Virus record (IMG/VR): IMGVR_UViG_3300025267_000011
Span: 1-56,659 of that record
Strand: one strand, 5' to 3'
DNA from: a virus
Lineage: Duplodnaviria; Caudoviricetes
DNA: 56,659 bases
The notes beneath the pieces are model-generated. The model saw nothing but the letters and a program-made list of their open reading frames with translations, searched no databases and had not been told where the DNA came from. Below are positions 1 through 8,970 of the stretch, one piece after another. The position numbers were made by a program, and so were the translations under genes. Numbering within the stretch: position 1 is the stretch's first letter; each line of letters begins with the position of its first letter.

Positions 1-95
1 GCCTGCGGGCTGTGCGGCAGCACGGGGTTCGTCGCCGGCCTGCACGACCCCGTCCCCGACTACCGCCCGACCTCACGACAGGATGGGGGCCCCCG

Positions 96-518
96 ATGAG
101 CGCGACCGTGGAGGCCACCATGACCGAGGAGGAGACCCCCCGTCCCAAGGGCGGACGCCCGGCCATCGGGTCGCACCGCTGGCCCTCGGGGAAGTCCCGG
201 CAGGACCCCGTCAAGCTGCGCCCCGACGTGCTCGCCGCCCTCGACGCGCTCGCCGCGCGGCTCGCCGACACCCGCGCCGGCCAGATTCGCCGCGCCGTCG
301 CGATGCTGCTCGCCGACCCGCCCAGCGCCGAGCAGGTCCGCGAGTTCGAGCCCCGCCGCCCGTACGGCGCGGGCCTGGTCCAGGTGGCGATCGGGTTCGC
401 CGACGGGCAGCTCGCCGACCTCGACGCCCTCGCGGCCGCGTTGGACGTCGCCCGGTTCACGCTCCTGCGCTACGCCGTGGCGCGGCTGCTGGAGGCCGAT
501 CCGCCGACGGGCCGTTGA
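96..518 (+). CDS. Tandem ribbon-helix-helix (CopG/Arc-like) DNA-binding protein
   Basis: ATG at 96; two RHH-like units (PVKLRPDVLAALDALAARLADTRAGQIRRAV and VAIGFADGQLADLDALAAALDVARFTLLRYAV). Confidence 0.6.
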   Translation: MSATVEATMTEEETPRPKGGRPAIGSHRWPSGKSRQDPVKLRPDVLAALDALAARLADTRAGQIRRAVAMLLADPPSAEQVREFEPRRPYGAGLVQVAIGFADGQLADLDALAAALDVARFTLLRYAVARLLEADPPTGR

Positions 519-2167
519 CGGTCTGCGGCTCGCCGGCGAGGGCGACCCGCACGGACGTAGACGCCCCGCTGCGGCCGATCCAGCAGGCCGTCGTCCACGC
601 ACGCCGACAGTTCGTTCTGGATCGACTTCACCGACGCGGGGACGGCCTCGGGCCAGTCCTTCGACGCGGCGAACACCTCCGCGGTCTTCGTCGGCCCCTT
701 CCCCACTGCGGCGAGCACGAGCGTGCGCAGCTCCCCGTTCCGCGGGCCGTCCGGCCCGTCACCGTCGGCCGCGGCGGCGGTGGCCGGTTCGGGGTCCTCG
801 TCGGGGACCGTCCCGGCGAGCCGGTCGGCCCACACCGCCAGGTCGTGCCCGCCGGCCTCGACGTCGCCGGGGTGGAGCTCGGCCCGGGGCGCGGCCGCCG
901 CCCACTCGTGGTTGTCGGCGGGCTCCCACGTGCGCAGCATCGTCGAGCGCCGGTCCGGGCCGTACAGGTAGGCCGCCCCCTGCAGCGGGGTGACCCCGTC
1001 GGGCAGGGTCTCGGGCAGGTCGGCGGGCTGGACCCCGTCCATGTCGCCGGCGAACGCCATCCCGGCCTGCTCGCGGGTGCGGGTCTTGAACGAGATCACG
1101 TTGCCCGACACCATGCCGCGCAGGTCGGTGTTCCCGCCCAGCTCGGTCCCGGAGATCGACTGGCCGCAGATGGTGACGCGGACACCGAGGCCCCGGCCGC
1201 CCTGCGCGAGGTAGACCACCATGCTGACCAGCTCGGCCGCGAGCTTTGACCCGAGCGCCTTGCGGAGCATGGGGAACTCGTCGATCACCACCTGGAGGTA
1301 CGGGCTGCACGTCAGGACCGGGTCGAAGTGGTCGATCCCCGTCCGCTCCCGCCCGGCAGCGTCTACCCAGCGCAGCGTGGCGAACCGGCGCGACCGCGCA
1401 TCGGCGATCCGCACGGCCGCGCGCACCATCCGCATGATGTTGTGCGGGGAGGCCGCCCACCAGCCCATCGCCGGCGAGGTCCGCCACTGTGGGAACGACG
1501 TCCCGCCCTTGCCGTCCCCGAGGAAGGTCACGAACAGCGACCGCTGGCGGCCGTGCCCGTCGACGTAGCGGCACTGGCTGGTCTCCCGCAGCATCCACTG
1601 CAGGAACGCCGTCTTCCCGCGGCCCTGCGCGCCGGCGACCAACCAGTGCACCGCCCCAGACCCGGGCTCGAAGAACCGCATGTGAGCCGGTGCCTCGTCG
1701 ACGTAGCGGCCGGCGGGCGCGATCCCGGTCGTCGCCAGCAGCGGCGAGGGCCCCGGCCACGGCGCCGAGGTGAGCAGCGGGTTCGAGTGGATCAGGGTCA
1801 GGCGGGCACGGGCGTGGTGCCCGCCGGGCATGGGGCTGACGTCGCAGGTGCCATCGGGCATCAGGGCGGCGCCGAGGTTCGGCGCGAGCATCCGGACCGT
1901 GGCGTAGGTCTGCCGGCCGCCGGGGGCGCACACGACGGTGGCCTCCCACCCGGCCAGGGTCTCGCGGACGTCCTCGAGGTGGGACCCCGGCAGGAGCCCG
2001 CCCGGGCGGCTGACGTGGACGTCCCAGGCGTCCTCCAGCCACGTCCGGGCCGGGATGACGTCCTCGACCAACACGGGGGCCGGGTGGCGCGTCGGGTCCC
2101 ACCGCCACCAATACGGCAGCGACGCCGCGGTGAGCCCGAGCATCGCGAGCAGGTCCGGGTCAAGCAC
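470..2167 (-). CDS. FtsK/SpoIIIE-family DNA translocase, TraB-like conjugative transfer protein
   Basis: Walker A GAQGRGKT, Walker B LQVVIDEFP, GRGLGVRV..GQ motif, C-terminal winged-helix-like segment (IQNELSACVDDGLLDRPQRGVY), hydrophobic N-terminus. Confidence 0.8.
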   Translation of the reverse strand: MLDPDLLAMLGLTAASLPYWWRWDPTRHPAPVLVEDVIPARTWLEDAWDVHVSRPGGLLPGSHLEDVRETLAGWEATVVCAPGGRQTYATVRMLAPNLGAALMPDGTCDVSPMPGGHHARARLTLIHSNPLLTSAPWPGPSPLLATTGIAPAGRYVDEAPAHMRFFEPGSGAVHWLVAGAQGRGKTAFLQWMLRETSQCRYVDGHGRQRSLFVTFLGDGKGGTSFPQWRTSPAMGWWAASPHNIMRMVRAAVRIADARSRRFATLRWVDAAGRERTGIDHFDPVLTCSPYLQVVIDEFPMLRKALGSKLAAELVSMVVYLAQGGRGLGVRVTICGQSISGTELGGNTDLRGMVSGNVISFKTRTREQAGMAFAGDMDGVQPADLPETLPDGVTPLQGAAYLYGPDRRSTMLRTWEPADNHEWAAAAPRAELHPGDVEAGGHDLAVWADRLAGTVPDEDPEPATAAAADGDGPDGPRNGELRTLVLAAVGKGPTKTAEVFAASKDWPEAVPASVKSIQNELSACVDDGLLDRPQRGVYVRAGRPRRRAADRQRPVGGSASSSRATA

Positions 2168-2528
2168 CGAGGCTCACCGCCGTGAGGTAGTAGAGGGTGA
2201 TCGCGACGACGATGGTCGCCTCGCCGCGGTGTCGGGCCCGTGCCCATCCGGCGATGCCGAGGGCGACGGCGAGGGCGAGCACCGGCCACGTCGGTAGCGC
2301 GGCCGCCCGCAGCAGCCGGATCGCCGCGGCCGACCCGCCCACGACCAGCAGCAGCAGCAGCGGGGCGAGCATGTGCCGTGCCCGCCACAGCCGTGCACGG
2401 GCGGCATGACGGCGAGCACGTTCGCGCGCCTCGGCCTGGCGGGCCTGTTCGGCCAGCCACGCGCCGGTGAGCTGTTCGGCCGTGGGGGTCTCGGGGTCCT
2501 CCCGCGACCACGGGCGCAGCATGTCCAC
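2160..2528 (-). CDS. Membrane protein (Spd/transfer-accessory-like)
   Basis: About three hydrophobic helices; overlaps the translocase start. Confidence 0.6.
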   Translation of the reverse strand: MDMLRPWSREDPETPTAEQLTGAWLAEQARQAEARERARRHAARARLWRARHMLAPLLLLLVVGGSAAAIRLLRAAALPTWPVLALAVALGIAGWARARHRGEATIVVAITLYYLTAVSLGA

Positions 2529-2549
2529 GATGGGGGCCTCCGCAGATCA

Positions 2550-2586
2550 CCCGGCCCGCCGACCCCGTAGGGGTCGACGGGCCGGG
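2550..2586. terminator. GC-rich hairpin
   Basis: cccggcccgccgacccc-gta-ggggtcgacgggccggg inverted repeat in an intergenic gap. Confidence 0.5.
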
Positions 2587-2624
2587 CCCGGGGTGGGGTG
2601 TTGAGCCGGTCTGGTGGGCGCGCC

Positions 2625-3395
2625 TCAGCGCGCGGTGTACGCCGGGGTGTCCGCGGCGTGCTTGGCGTTCTGCACGGCCTCACGGATCGCGCCGTGCCGT
2701 TCGAGCAGCCTCTCGATGTTGCCCAGCGCGCGGTCGCTGAACTCGGCCAGCTCCCCGAGGGTGTCGGCGTCCATGTTCCGGGCGGTCAGCCCTGCGACGA
2801 GGACCTCGTGGTCGGCGAGGACCTGCCGGTAGAACGCCTCGACGTCGTCGACCTTGACGTCGTCGGCGGTGAACTTGCTGGTGGGTGCGGTCATGGTGAC
2901 TCCTCCGAGTGACGGTTTCGTGCTGTTCGGGTGCTTTGGTCGGGGTTGGGCGACGGGCGGCTGCTCGTGCTCGCCGAGCGGGTACGCCGGTCGCGCGGGT
3001 GGCGTGTCGTCCGGACGGGTGACCTCTGTTGGGCGCACACCAAGGTCGGCTCGTCGCTGCTCGCGCGCCGCGTCGACGCCACGCCGCCACTCAGCGGCGA
3101 GCCGATCGCGCAGGGCGAGCAGTCGGTCGATCCAGTCGGCTGCACGGCCCCCGGCCGTGTTGAGGACGTCGCCGGCCTTGTCCAGCCACTTGCCCCCGTG
3201 CGACCCGGACCCGCCGCCGGTGGAGGCCGGGGGGCGCGCCTCACGCGGCGGGCGCGGCTCGCGCGGCGGACGAGACGGGCGCGACGTCGTCGAGTCCAGT
3301 GTGCCGGTGATCAGCCCGGTGCGGCTCAGCATCGGCCCGAGCTGGTCGGTTGCGCGCATCCACCAGTAGGCGAGGAACAGCGACAACTCGAACAT
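2625..3395 (-). CDS. Transfer-region protein: hydrophobic N-terminus, Pro/Arg linker, helical C-terminal domain (possible internal start at 2894)
   Basis: TGATG coupling with the upstream gene at 3395; internal GGAGGAG-5nt-ATG at 2894. Confidence 0.6.
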   Translation of the reverse strand: MFELSLFLAYWWMRATDQLGPMLSRTGLITGTLDSTTSRPSRPPREPRPPREARPPASTGGGSGSHGGKWLDKAGDVLNTAGGRAADWIDRLLALRDRLAAEWRRGVDAAREQRRADLGVRPTEVTRPDDTPPARPAYPLGEHEQPPVAQPRPKHPNSTKPSLGGVTMTAPTSKFTADDVKVDDVEAFYRQVLADHEVLVAGLTARNMDADTLGELAEFSDRALGNIERLLERHGAIREAVQNAKHAADTPAYTAR

Positions 3396-3799
3396 CAGAA
3401 CAGGAGGTCGGTCAGGGCGCCGCCGGCGCCATTGATCGCCGCGCCCACGGTGAGGATCAGCGTCGGAATCCACCCGTCACCGATCATCGTCGCGAGCATC
3501 GGCAGGAACAGGGCGACGACGGCCGTCGTGCGGGACGCGGCCCCCTTGTTCCTCGGCCACAGGTCGTGCCCGAGCTGCAGGCTCATCCACACCGCGGCGC
3601 CGACCAGGACGACGATCGCCCCCCCGACCCACGGGCCGAGGGTCGTGGCGATCCAGCCCGCGCCGGTGCTGAACAGCCCGAGCAGGAAGGCGTTCACCCC
3701 GGCGCCGGCGCCGAACCACATCACCGGCACGGTCCGGGCCAGCTTCTTCTTCCGCAGGAAGAACAGCCCGCCGAGGAACAGGGCGACGGTCGCCATCAC
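3395..3799 (-). CDS. Multi-pass membrane protein
   Basis: 134 aa with about four TM segments; coupled to neighbours. Confidence 0.65.
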   Translation of the reverse strand: MMATVALFLGGLFFLRKKKLARTVPVMWFGAGAGVNAFLLGLFSTGAGWIATTLGPWVGGAIVVLVGAAVWMSLQLGHDLWPRNKGAASRTTAVVALFLPMLATMIGDGWIPTLILTVGAAINGAGGALTDLLF

Positions 3800-4362
3800 C
3801 CATCACCCCCCGCCGTGGCGATCGCCTCGGCCGCGGCGTCCGTGGCCCCGAACAGCCAGCCCAGCAGCAGCCAGGTGCCGATCACGCCGAGCGCGGTGAG
3901 GAACCGCGACGGCCGCTGCACCACGTAGGCCAGCGCGTAGGCGAGCACCGTCACGGGCACGGCCAGGAGCCAGCCGTAGGCCCGGCCGAGGAACTCCAGG
4001 GCGGGGTGCCGCTCCCCGGGGACCACGGCCCCGTCACGGACCCAGGCGACGACGTCGGCGACGGTGGCCGGGCCGACCCGCCAGAACGACCGGTGCCCGG
4101 CCTGCCCAGTCTCCTCGCGCACGGCGGCCTCGGCGTGGACGTAGCGGGTGTGCCGCTCCCCCCGGTCGAGCTCGTCGGAGACGCCGCGGGCGATGGGCAC
4201 CCGGAGCGCATCCCACAGCGCCGCGGCGGCCTCGCGCGTGTACGCGCGCGTGCACGTCCGCGCGCGAGGCTCCTCGTCCGGGGGGTCCTCCCCCGTTGCC
4301 GTTGCCGTTGCCGGTCGTGCCGGCTGCCAGGTCGGCGGCCGGTCGTGCTCGGTGGTGGTCAT
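3796..4362 (-). CDS. Membrane protein
   Basis: ATGA coupling at 4359-4362; two C-terminal TM helices. Confidence 0.6.
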   Translation of the reverse strand: MTTTEHDRPPTWQPARPATATATGEDPPDEEPRARTCTRAYTREAAAALWDALRVPIARGVSDELDRGERHTRYVHAEAAVREETGQAGHRSFWRVGPATVADVVAWVRDGAVVPGERHPALEFLGRAYGWLLAVPVTVLAYALAYVVQRPSRFLTALGVIGTWLLLGWLFGATDAAAEAIATAGGDG

Positions 4363-4601
4363 GTCATCTGCTCCAGCTCTCTGATCTGGCGGTCCATCTG
4401 CTCCAGTGCGGTCGCGGCGGCCTGCTCGGCCGCGGCGGCGGGGGCGTGTCGGATGGCGGCTCCGAGGTGGAGGGCCCGCACCCGGATCGCGTCCCAAGGG
4501 GTCTGTGCGGCGGCGACGAGGTCGTCGTAGTAGCGGCGGCGGCGGTGCGCGGCGGCGAGGGCGCCGATCGCCTTTCCGGCCTTGACCCTCCGTCCGGGCA
4601 T
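4359..4601 (-). CDS. Hypothetical helical protein
   Basis: RBS GGAGG upstream; coupled to the next gene. Confidence 0.55.
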   Translation of the reverse strand: MPGRRVKAGKAIGALAAAHRRRRYYDDLVAAAQTPWDAIRVRALHLGAAIRHAPAAAAEQAAATALEQMDRQIRELEQMT

Positions 4602-4610
4602 TCTGACCTC

Positions 4611-4835
4611 CTATTCCGTCAATACATAGAGGCCGACGGATTGCCCGTTACTTGTTTCTACGTGCATTTCGTATTCGGCGATTCCGCCGCGGCCGTCGCG
4701 GGCTGCGGCGTCCCGGAGGACCCGCCCGAGCAGCTGCTCGTGATCACCGGCGCCGAGGTCGACGTGCGTGATCAGCTCAGCGCCGGCGGGGTAGCCCCGG
4801 AACGCGAGGCGGCAGCGCACCAGCTCGGCGGCCAT
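4611..4835 (-). CDS. Hypothetical protein
   Basis: TGATG coupling at 4833-4837, RBS GGAGG; MAAELVRCRLAF... Confidence 0.5.
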   Translation of the reverse strand: MAAELVRCRLAFRGYPAGAELITHVDLGAGDHEQLLGRVLRDAAARDGRGGIAEYEMHVETSNGQSVGLYVLTE

Positions 4836-5053
4836 CACGACCTCCGCACGCGCGTGTGGACCTCGCCGAGCAGCGTCCCGGCCCCCACGGCGGCCGCCGT
4901 CCCGACCAGCTGCACGAGCGCCGGGGGATGGCCGTGCAGCCCCAGCCCGAGGCCGTAGGCGAGTACGACCAGGGCGACGGCAACGAGCCCCACCTGCACG
5001 CCGGCGAGCACGCGCGTAGAGCGCACCCCAGCGTCTGACCTCGATCCGGGCAT
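4835..5053 (-). CDS. Small two-TM membrane protein
   Basis: RBS AGGAGG; two hydrophobic helices. Confidence 0.55.
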   Translation of the reverse strand: MPGSRSDAGVRSTRVLAGVQVGLVAVALVVLAYGLGLGLHGHPPALVQLVGTAAAVGAGTLLGEVHTRVRRS

Positions 5054-5151
5054 GGCGAGTAGACCTCCTGGCCTGTGTTGGATTTCGGCCGCCCGCCGCG
5101 CCGGGCGGGGAGGGGGCCCCCGGTGAGCTGCGGCGGGCGGCCGATGCCAGC

Positions 5152-5275
5152 ACTATGCACGCCTGAGGTGAATAAGTCCAGCCGCGACACGACACGCCCC
5201 CACCTGGGCGATGCTGCTCGACACGCACCGCCATTCACCTCTAGGTTGACTGCCGCCCGCCCGGCCGGGGACACT
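5152..5275. promoter_or_regulatory. Divergent promoters with inverted operator-like boxes
   Basis: Minus strand TGGACT-17-CATAGT; plus strand TTGACT-18-GACACT; TGAGGTGAAT (5164-5173) inverted against ATTCACCTC (5233-5241). Confidence 0.45.
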
Positions 5276-5312
5276 CCGCAGGTCGCACCGCCGATCGGGA
5301 GGGGAAGCCCCG

Positions 5313-5531
5313 ATGGACCACACGCCCGCCGTCGAGATCGAGACCTACGTGACCACCGCCGACTGCTCCGACCGCGTCCAGTGCCCCTCCGGGCACCGGG
5401 TCAACGTCATGCCCGGGGGCCGGGTCGTGCAGGGCAAGCGCATCCCCGATGCCGTCCGCGCCGCGCTCGTCGAGCTGGGCATGCCCGCCGCCGAGGACGC
5501 GGTGTGGATTCCCGACGGGCTGGAGGTGTGA
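5313..5531 (+). CDS. Small protein typical of XRE/DUF6879 triads
   Basis: RBS GGAGGGG; C..CP motif, VVQG, ..AVWIP pattern. Confidence 0.6.
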   Translation: MDHTPAVEIETYVTTADCSDRVQCPSGHRVNVMPGGRVVQGKRIPDAVRAALVELGMPAAEDAVWIPDGLEV

Positions 5532-5532
5532 G

Positions 5533-6117
5533 GTGACCCAGCAGCAGCACCGAGAGCTGGACGCGGCCGGGATCGGCCGGTTCTTCGCCGACCACTACCG
5601 CAGCGCCGGCGACACCCTGTTCCGACTCGAGACCCTGCCCGGCTACGACGTCACCGACGACGGCCCGAACTGGCGACTCTGGCAGGAGGGCGCGGCCGAG
5701 CCGGACCCGGCGTGGAAGGAGCCGTGGCTGGACACGCTCCGCCGCGAGCACCGTGCCGGCCTGCGCGCGTCCCGCGTGCGGATCTTCGGCAAGCACCTCA
5801 CCGACTACGAGCGGTTCGAGTGCCACTTCGGCTACGCGCTCAACGGCCCGGCCGGGGAGGAGATCGGCGTCCTCCGAGCCGGGGAGCACGCCATCCCGGG
5901 CGACCTCATCGTCCAGGACTTCTGGCTGGTCAACGACGCGCACGTGATCGTCATGCGCTACGACGAGGCCGGACGGTTCCTCCGCGGGGACCTCCTCGAC
6001 GACGACGCCGCACCCCGGTACGTCGCCACCCGTCGCGCCGCCCAGCTCGCCGCCGAGCCCTTCGACACCTGGTGGGCACGGCACCCCGAGCTCCACCGCA
6101 GGTCCGCGGCGGCCTGA
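5533..6117 (+). CDS. DUF6879-family protein
   Basis: FRLETLPGYDV, RVRIF..LTDYERFE, GEEI.VL, DFWLVND....MRYD..GRF motifs. Confidence 0.75.
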   Translation: MTQQQHRELDAAGIGRFFADHYRSAGDTLFRLETLPGYDVTDDGPNWRLWQEGAAEPDPAWKEPWLDTLRREHRAGLRASRVRIFGKHLTDYERFECHFGYALNGPAGEEIGVLRAGEHAIPGDLIVQDFWLVNDAHVIVMRYDEAGRFLRGDLLDDDAAPRYVATRRAAQLAAEPFDTWWARHPELHRRSAAA

Positions 6118-6119
6118 CG

Positions 6120-6980
6120 TTGACGCGCGGCCGAGGAGCAGCGGCGAGCAGTCCGGACGACCTGTCCCGACTGCTCGTCGCCATCCGCACCACCGACCGC
6201 GCCGACCGTGGCCTCCGCCCCCTGTCTCAGCACGCTGCCGGCCAGCTCGCCGCCCACTTCCTCGACGGCCGCCCGCTGTCGCAGGCCCGGGTGTCGCGCG
6301 CGGAGAACGGCACCCACCCCTTGTCCCCGGCCGAGGCCGACGCCTACGCCCGCGGCTGCCAGGCCAGCGCCGAGCGTCGCCGCGAACTTGTCGACCTGGT
6401 CCGCGTGTTCGCTCCCGAGGCCGTCACCAGCCGCGCCGTGCTGGTCCGCCGTCCCCACCTCATCCAGGCCAGGATTGGCCGCCTCGAAGCGGAGTCGACG
6501 CTGATCCGGTCCTGGCAGGACGCGATCGTCCCGGGGATGCTGCAGACCCCGGCCTGGACCGCCGCGGCGTTCGGCGACCCGGGCCCGGAGTGGTGGGAAG
6601 CCCGGGAACGCCGGCTCGCCCTGCTCGCCGACCGGGATCGGTCGTGGCACTTCGTGCTGTCCGAGGCTGCGCTCCGCTGGAACCTCGGGGCCGAGGTCAT
6701 GGCCGAGCAGCTGGACCACCTCGCCGCGGTGATCACCCAGCACCCGCACGTGCAGGTCGGGGTCGTCCCGCTCGCCTCGCCGAAGACGGCCGTCGCCTCG
6801 GGACCGTTCCGGCTCTACGGCCGCCGCACGGTCGAGGTGTCGACCCCGTCGGGAACCTACTTCGACTCCGACCCGGGCGAGGTCACCGCCTACGAACAGC
6901 GCTTCGACTTCGTCGACGAGATCGCCGCCTACGACGAGGACGCGCTGATGTTGGTCGCTGCGCTGCGGCGCGCCCTCTGA
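6120..6980 (+). CDS. XRE-family HTH regulator with DUF5753 domain
   Basis: HTH LSQARVSRAENG; IVPGMLQTPAW, VLSEAALRW, MAEQLDHL, F.LY...VEV motifs; start uncertain. Confidence 0.8.
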   Translation: MTRGRGAAASSPDDLSRLLVAIRTTDRADRGLRPLSQHAAGQLAAHFLDGRPLSQARVSRAENGTHPLSPAEADAYARGCQASAERRRELVDLVRVFAPEAVTSRAVLVRRPHLIQARIGRLEAESTLIRSWQDAIVPGMLQTPAWTAAAFGDPGPEWWEARERRLALLADRDRSWHFVLSEAALRWNLGAEVMAEQLDHLAAVITQHPHVQVGVVPLASPKTAVASGPFRLYGRRTVEVSTPSGTYFDSDPGEVTAYEQRFDFVDEIAAYDEDALMLVAALRRAL

Positions 6981-7046
6981 CGTTCCGTTCCGCGTCCGGC
7001 ACAGCTATGGTTACCGGAACCCCGTTACTGCGTGAAGGAGACGGCC

Positions 7047-7409
7047 ATGCCCCCGGGTCTGCCCCTGCCCAGCCGCGCGCCGTCCTCGGCGGCGGCCGCG
7101 CTGCTGCGCGCCGTGCAGGACTTCGCCGCCCCCACGGCTGGCTCGATCGAGGACGACCTGCAGCGCGTGTCGGACCTGCGGCACCTCGTGATCGTCGCGG
7201 AAGCGGCGTGGGAGGAAGCCCTCGTCCACGCCCGGGAGTCCCTGCGCAGCGACGGCGCGCTCGGCGACCGCGTGGTCGAGAACCCCACCGGAGGGGTCGG
7301 CCGGCTGCGGCGCGACACCGGGATCGCCCTGTCGACCCTCCAGGACCGCATGGGCAAGGGGCGTGGACGGCAGATCGAGGCCCGGCGGCGCGAGGCGTTC
7401 CCCGCGTAG
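7047..7409 (+). CDS. Putative HTH DNA-binding protein
   Basis: RBS AAGGAG; VGRLRRDTGIALSTLQDRM helix-turn-helix-like. Confidence 0.5.
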   Translation: MPPGLPLPSRAPSSAAAALLRAVQDFAAPTAGSIEDDLQRVSDLRHLVIVAEAAWEEALVHARESLRSDGALGDRVVENPTGGVGRLRRDTGIALSTLQDRMGKGRGRQIEARRREAFPA

Positions 7410-7421
7410 GCGCAACGCCCA

Positions 7422-7476
7422 CAACGCACCGACGGGCCCGCCACCTCTACCCAGGTGGCGGGCCCCGTCGGCGTTG
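7422..7476. terminator. Bidirectional terminator between convergent genes
   Basis: ccgacgggcccgccacct-ctaccc-aggtggcgggccccgtcgg inverted repeat. Confidence 0.7.
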
Positions 7477-7485
7477 CACCGCCGG

Positions 7486-8037
7486 TCAGTCCGCTGACAG
7501 CCCGAGCTCCACGACCCGCGCGAGGAACGCCGACCGCGACGGCACACCCAGCTCCTCGGCGCGACCGTCGAGCACCTCCAGTTCCTCGTCGGTGAGCCGT
7601 AGCTGAACCGACGAGGACGCCTCCGACCTGGCGCGCACCACCCGGGTACGCGGAGGCAGCGACGACCGTCGCGGCGCCGGCGGGGCGAAGTGGTCCTGCA
7701 GCTCCCCGTCGAGCCGGTCGAAGGTGTCGAGCAGCCACTCCGTGAGGGTGACCCCCGCCCCGTTCGCGGCCCGCTCCATCGCCTCCTTGGTGGTGGCGGC
7801 GAGGTAGACCTGCACGGGCCGCTTCCCGCTCGTGCTCGCGCTCGGCGCTGCCACCTTCGGCGTGCGCCGGCGGGGGCGGGGACGGTCCTCGCGCGCAGGC
7901 CGGTCGCCCGGGGCATGGTCGGGAGCGGGGTCGGGCTGCGCCGGGATCGGCGAGGGTGCCGCCGCGGCGGGCGGCGGGCGCAGCCCGGTGAGCCCGCCAC
8001 GCAGGGCCGACAGGTCCCGGGGGTTGGCCGCGTTCAC
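7486..8037 (-). CDS. RHH-type centromere-binding partition partner (ParG-like), two RHH units
   Basis: GTGA coupling to parA; disordered N-terminus; PVQVYLAATTKEAMERAA and SVQLRLTDEELEVLDGRAEELGVPSRSAFL. Confidence 0.7.
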   Translation of the reverse strand: MNAANPRDLSALRGGLTGLRPPPAAAAPSPIPAQPDPAPDHAPGDRPAREDRPRPRRRTPKVAAPSASTSGKRPVQVYLAATTKEAMERAANGAGVTLTEWLLDTFDRLDGELQDHFAPPAPRRSSLPPRTRVVRARSEASSSVQLRLTDEELEVLDGRAEELGVPSRSAFLARVVELGLSAD

Positions 8038-8969
8038 GCCGGCACCGCCGTCATCGCCCCGATCCGCTGCGTGACCTCCTCGGCGAGCCGGTAGTAGTCC
8101 CCGGCCAGGTGCGGGGCACTCGTGGCGAGGGCCTGCGTCGCCGCCACCGACTCCGGATCGGGCCGGTGCTGCCCGCCGCCGCCGCGGCCGCGAGCGGCGC
8201 GGAGCATCTGGAACCGCAACTTCCGCGCCTCGGGCAGCTCGGCCTCGATCTCGTGTACCAGCTTCCCGAGGCGCCGGCAGTCCTGAGCCGGTCCCTCGAC
8301 GTGACGAATCTCGGTGTCGAACGTCAGGCCGGGACCGAGGTCCCGGTCGATCTGCTTGCGGGCGGTCTCGGCGATCCGGCGCGAGCGCGCCCCGATCCCG
8401 AACAGCACCACCCCCAGCAACTCCAGGTGCGGGTTGTCCCCGCCCTTGACGTGCGTGAACAGCTTGGCGACCTGGACCAGCCCGTCGAGACTCGCGTCGT
8501 CGGCCTTCGTGGGCACCACGACGAACCGTGCCGCGGTGAGCGCCATCTGCTGCAGCGCCCGGTTCCCCGGCGGGCAGTCGATCAACACGAGGTCGTAGTC
8601 CGCGGCGATCGTGGCGAGGGCGTCGTTCACCGCACCGTTGACGCTCTGCCCTCGGGTCCCCCGTGAGTAGAGGGTCGCGGCCATATCCTCGACCAGCTCG
8701 CCGCCGGGGATGACGTCGAGGTTGGGCCGGACCTCGCGCAGCGGCTCCAGCGGGGCCCCGGCGGTCACCGCGGCGAACAGTGCTCGGCCCCCGTCGCCGC
8801 GGCCGTCGTCGACGTAGCCGAGGTCCCGGCCCAGGTTGCCCTGCGGGTCCATGTCGGCGATGAGGACCCGATAGTCGGCCTTGGCGAACAGTCCGCCGAT
8901 GTTGGCCGTGATGCTCGTCTTCCCGGTCCCGCCCTTGCCGTTGATCACGGCGATGGCTTGGTGCAGCAT
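8034..8969 (-). CDS. parA: ParA-family partition ATPase
   Basis: Deviant Walker A NGKGGTGKTS, DMDPQGN, DLVLIDCPPG. Confidence 0.92.
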   Translation of the reverse strand: MLHQAIAVINGKGGTGKTSITANIGGLFAKADYRVLIADMDPQGNLGRDLGYVDDGRGDGGRALFAAVTAGAPLEPLREVRPNLDVIPGGELVEDMAATLYSRGTRGQSVNGAVNDALATIAADYDLVLIDCPPGNRALQQMALTAARFVVVPTKADDASLDGLVQVAKLFTHVKGGDNPHLELLGVVLFGIGARSRRIAETARKQIDRDLGPGLTFDTEIRHVEGPAQDCRRLGKLVHEIEAELPEARKLRFQMLRAARGRGGGGQHRPDPESVAATQALATSAPHLAGDYYRLAEEVTQRIGAMTAVPA

Positions 8970-8970
8970 C

